Shown: positions 62,033 to 64,000 of the stretch, one piece after another
How the letters are laid out: each line of letters opens with the position of its first letter
How positions within the stretch are numbered: the stretch's first letter is position 1
Notes under the pieces: model-generated
Database searches by the model: none
Seen by the model: the letters and a program-made list of their open reading frames with translations, nothing else
Told to the model about the DNA's origin: nothing
Position numbers and translations under genes: made by a program
Assembly (NCBI GenBank): GCA_964016885.1
Contig: OZ024741.1
Coordinates: 391,034,001-391,098,000, forward strand
Length of the DNA: 64,000 bases
Origin: Eledone cirrhosa
Lineage: Eukaryota
Reading direction: 5' to 3'

Positions 62033-64000
62033 TCAACCTCTCAAAGACACCTCTAACCAACACACAAATCAACATTTTAAGTAAGGGCCTGAAATTTACA
62101 CCTACACCACGTAAACCAAACTTCCCCGAAATGAAGGATGACATCATGGAATACTGCCGAAAGCTGCGACTAACGGAATTCTTCCACAACGACACCAACA
62201 CTGAAGACGAATCACTGGTTAGAAATAAAAGCAATTTCTGCCCACAAAAGGGAAGAAGTAAAGCACTGGACACGTACTGCGAACACATCACCAACTTTCC
62301 CTATGAAAAAATTACAAATAAACACACGAAATCAAACCTATCTACACACGAATGGGAAGAATTATTCACACTTAGAAACAACCCTGAGATAACTATCAAA
62401 GAAGCCGATAAAGGCAGTACTGTTGTCATTATGAATACGGACTACTATAGGACCCTCGCACTTAACATTTTAGAAAACAACACATACTATGAAAAAACAG
62501 AAAACTACAAACACACCAAAACAATGGGGAACCTTTTGACCTTACTGAATAAATACCGCAACAGCTTAACCACAAAAGAGTTTAACTATATAAGCCACTT
62601 CAAATGCAATACAAGCTCTTTTTACGGCTTACCGAAACTCCACAAATGTAAACCCATAAACGATGCATGTGACACCTCAACCAACAATTACATTGAACTA
62701 ACACCACCAGAAGACCTAAAACTCAGGCCAATTATAGCAGGCCCTACATGTGAAACCCACAGACTTAGCAACTTTCTGGACATCCTACTGAAACCCTTTC
62801 TACAACATATACAGAGCTACATACGAGATGACCTTGACATGCTGAAACACCTCCCTAAAACAGTAAGTGCAAATACAATTCTTGTCTCCTTTGACGTAAT
62901 AAACCTCTACACAAACATACCCCACAACTATGGAATAACAGCAGTCCAATACTGGCTTAACACACACCCATCAGAAATACCGACACGCATCAACACAGAT
63001 TTTATCACTGACGGACTCCGCTTTATCCTACAAAATAACTACTTCACATTCAATGGTTCAACATACAGACAAGTATCAGGTACGGCAATGGGCACGAAAG
63101 TAGCACCCACATATGCCAACCTAGTCATGGGATTCCATGAACAACAAATATACAGTCAGTCCCTTCTCTTATTTGGAGACTCTTTCCACACACACCTCAA
63201 AGCCAATTGGAAAAGATATCTAGACGACTGCTTTATCCTATGGCAAGAAGACATGAACTCACTTACTACGTTTAAAAACATGATAAACAACATAGATAAT
63301 AACATACAATTCACAATGGAATCCAATCCTAAGGAATTAGCCTTCTTGGATATTCTCATCTCTGTAATAGACGGGAAATTAGATACAGATATATTCTATA
63401 AACCCACAGATTCCAAGCAATACCTCTTTTTCACATCAAGTCACCCAAAACATACAAAACTTAACATTCCTTACAATTTGGCCAAACGTATATGTACCAT
63501 AGTATCAGATCCACCTAAACGGGAGCAAAGACTAAAGGAACTAAAAGACACCCTTATCTTAAGAGCCTTTCCACTTGAAATAATCAACAATGGAATAGAC
63601 AGGGCAAAACACCTAAATCCCCATCAACTTAACAATCCAAAACAGAAAACCACACTCAACACCCTGCCATATGTATCCACTTTCAACCCCAGAAATACCG
63701 AAATGTTTGATCACCTACACAAAAACCTCCCCATCCTACTTAAAGATGTAAAAATGAAGTCTATTCTTGAAACACACAAGATCCTTAAAAGTAAAAGACA
63801 ACCCAAATCACTTAAACGCATTCTCACTGGACCAAATATACCCAAACTAATCCTCAACCCTACAGTTACCAAATGTGGTAGAACAAACTGTGGAACGTGC
63901 CTCTACCTCACTGAAGGACAAACATTTACATTCAAAGATGGCCAAACATTTACAGTAAAAAACAATTTCACCTGCAACTCGGAGCACTTGATTTACGCAA
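62002..64000 (+). CDS. Neptune-like PLE reverse transcriptase ORF, apparently intact, runs off the window before the GIY-YIG domain
   Basis: INLS..LSKGLKFTPTP, ADKG, FYGLPKLHK, LRPIIAG, FDVINLYTNIP, GTAMG, RYLDD, FLD, KPTD, SSHP, linker CGRTNCGTC, FTCNSEHLIY, all in one frame. Confidence 0.92.
   Translation, partial: MAPPQEKPKIINLSKTPLTNTQINILSKGLKFTPTPRKPNFPEMKDDIMEYCRKLRLTEFFHNDTNTEDESLVRNKSNFCPQKGRSKALDTYCEHITNFPYEKITNKHTKSNLSTHEWEELFTLRNNPEITIKEADKGSTVVIMNTDYYRTLALNILENNTYYEKTENYKHTKTMGNLLTLLNKYRNSLTTKEFNYISHFKCNTSSFYGLPKLHKCKPINDACDTSTNNYIELTPPEDLKLRPIIAGPTCETHRLSNFLDILLKPFLQHIQSYIRDDLDMLKHLPKTVSANTILVSFDVINLYTNIPHNYGITAVQYWLNTHPSEIPTRINTDFITDGLRFILQNNYFTFNGSTYRQVSGTAMGTKVAPTYANLVMGFHEQQIYSQSLLLFGDSFHTHLKANWKRYLDDCFILWQEDMNSLTTFKNMINNIDNNIQFTMESNPKELAFLDILISVIDGKLDTDIFYKPTDSKQYLFFTSSHPKHTKLNIPYNLAKRICTIVSDPPKREQRLKELKDTLILRAFPLEIINNGIDRAKHLNPHQLNNPKQKTTLNTLPYVSTFNPRNTEMFDHLHKNLPILLKDVKMKSILETHKILKSKRQPKSLKRILTGPNIPKLILNPTVTKCGRTNCGTCLYLTEGQTFTFKDGQTFTVKNNFTCNSEHLIYA

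Overview
AT-rich animal genomic DNA, probably from an octopod cephalopod (inferred from SINEs I recognise as Octopus-type). The only host gene seen is a minus-strand globin with an N-terminal MGC acylation motif. Two of its coding exons lie at 18014-18207 and 12795-13020, with introns at the ancestral B12.2 and G7.0 positions; the last exon was not found. The rest is a dense mosaic of mobile elements separated by (TA)n/(CA)n microsatellites: Penelope-like retroelements (PLEs), RTE, Tx1/L1, CR1/L2 and R4-like LINE remnants, Helitrons and tRNA-SINEs. The most striking signal is a (TA)n-targeting PLE/hammerhead-ribozyme system. It comprises about 30 hammerhead-like motifs, several with a compensatory U3-A8 core; a young 8.4-kb inverted/tandem PLE; many mini-insertions with the same two-ended inverted architecture; and a shared TTGAGT motif near the ends of unrelated families. 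It also includes a ~320-340 bp retrozyme-like unit, a tRNA-like module inside a (TA)n-targeting repeat, and a two-ORF Neptune-like PLE with an HIV-like -1 frameshift site. All calls are by eye; coordinates of decayed repeats are approximate.
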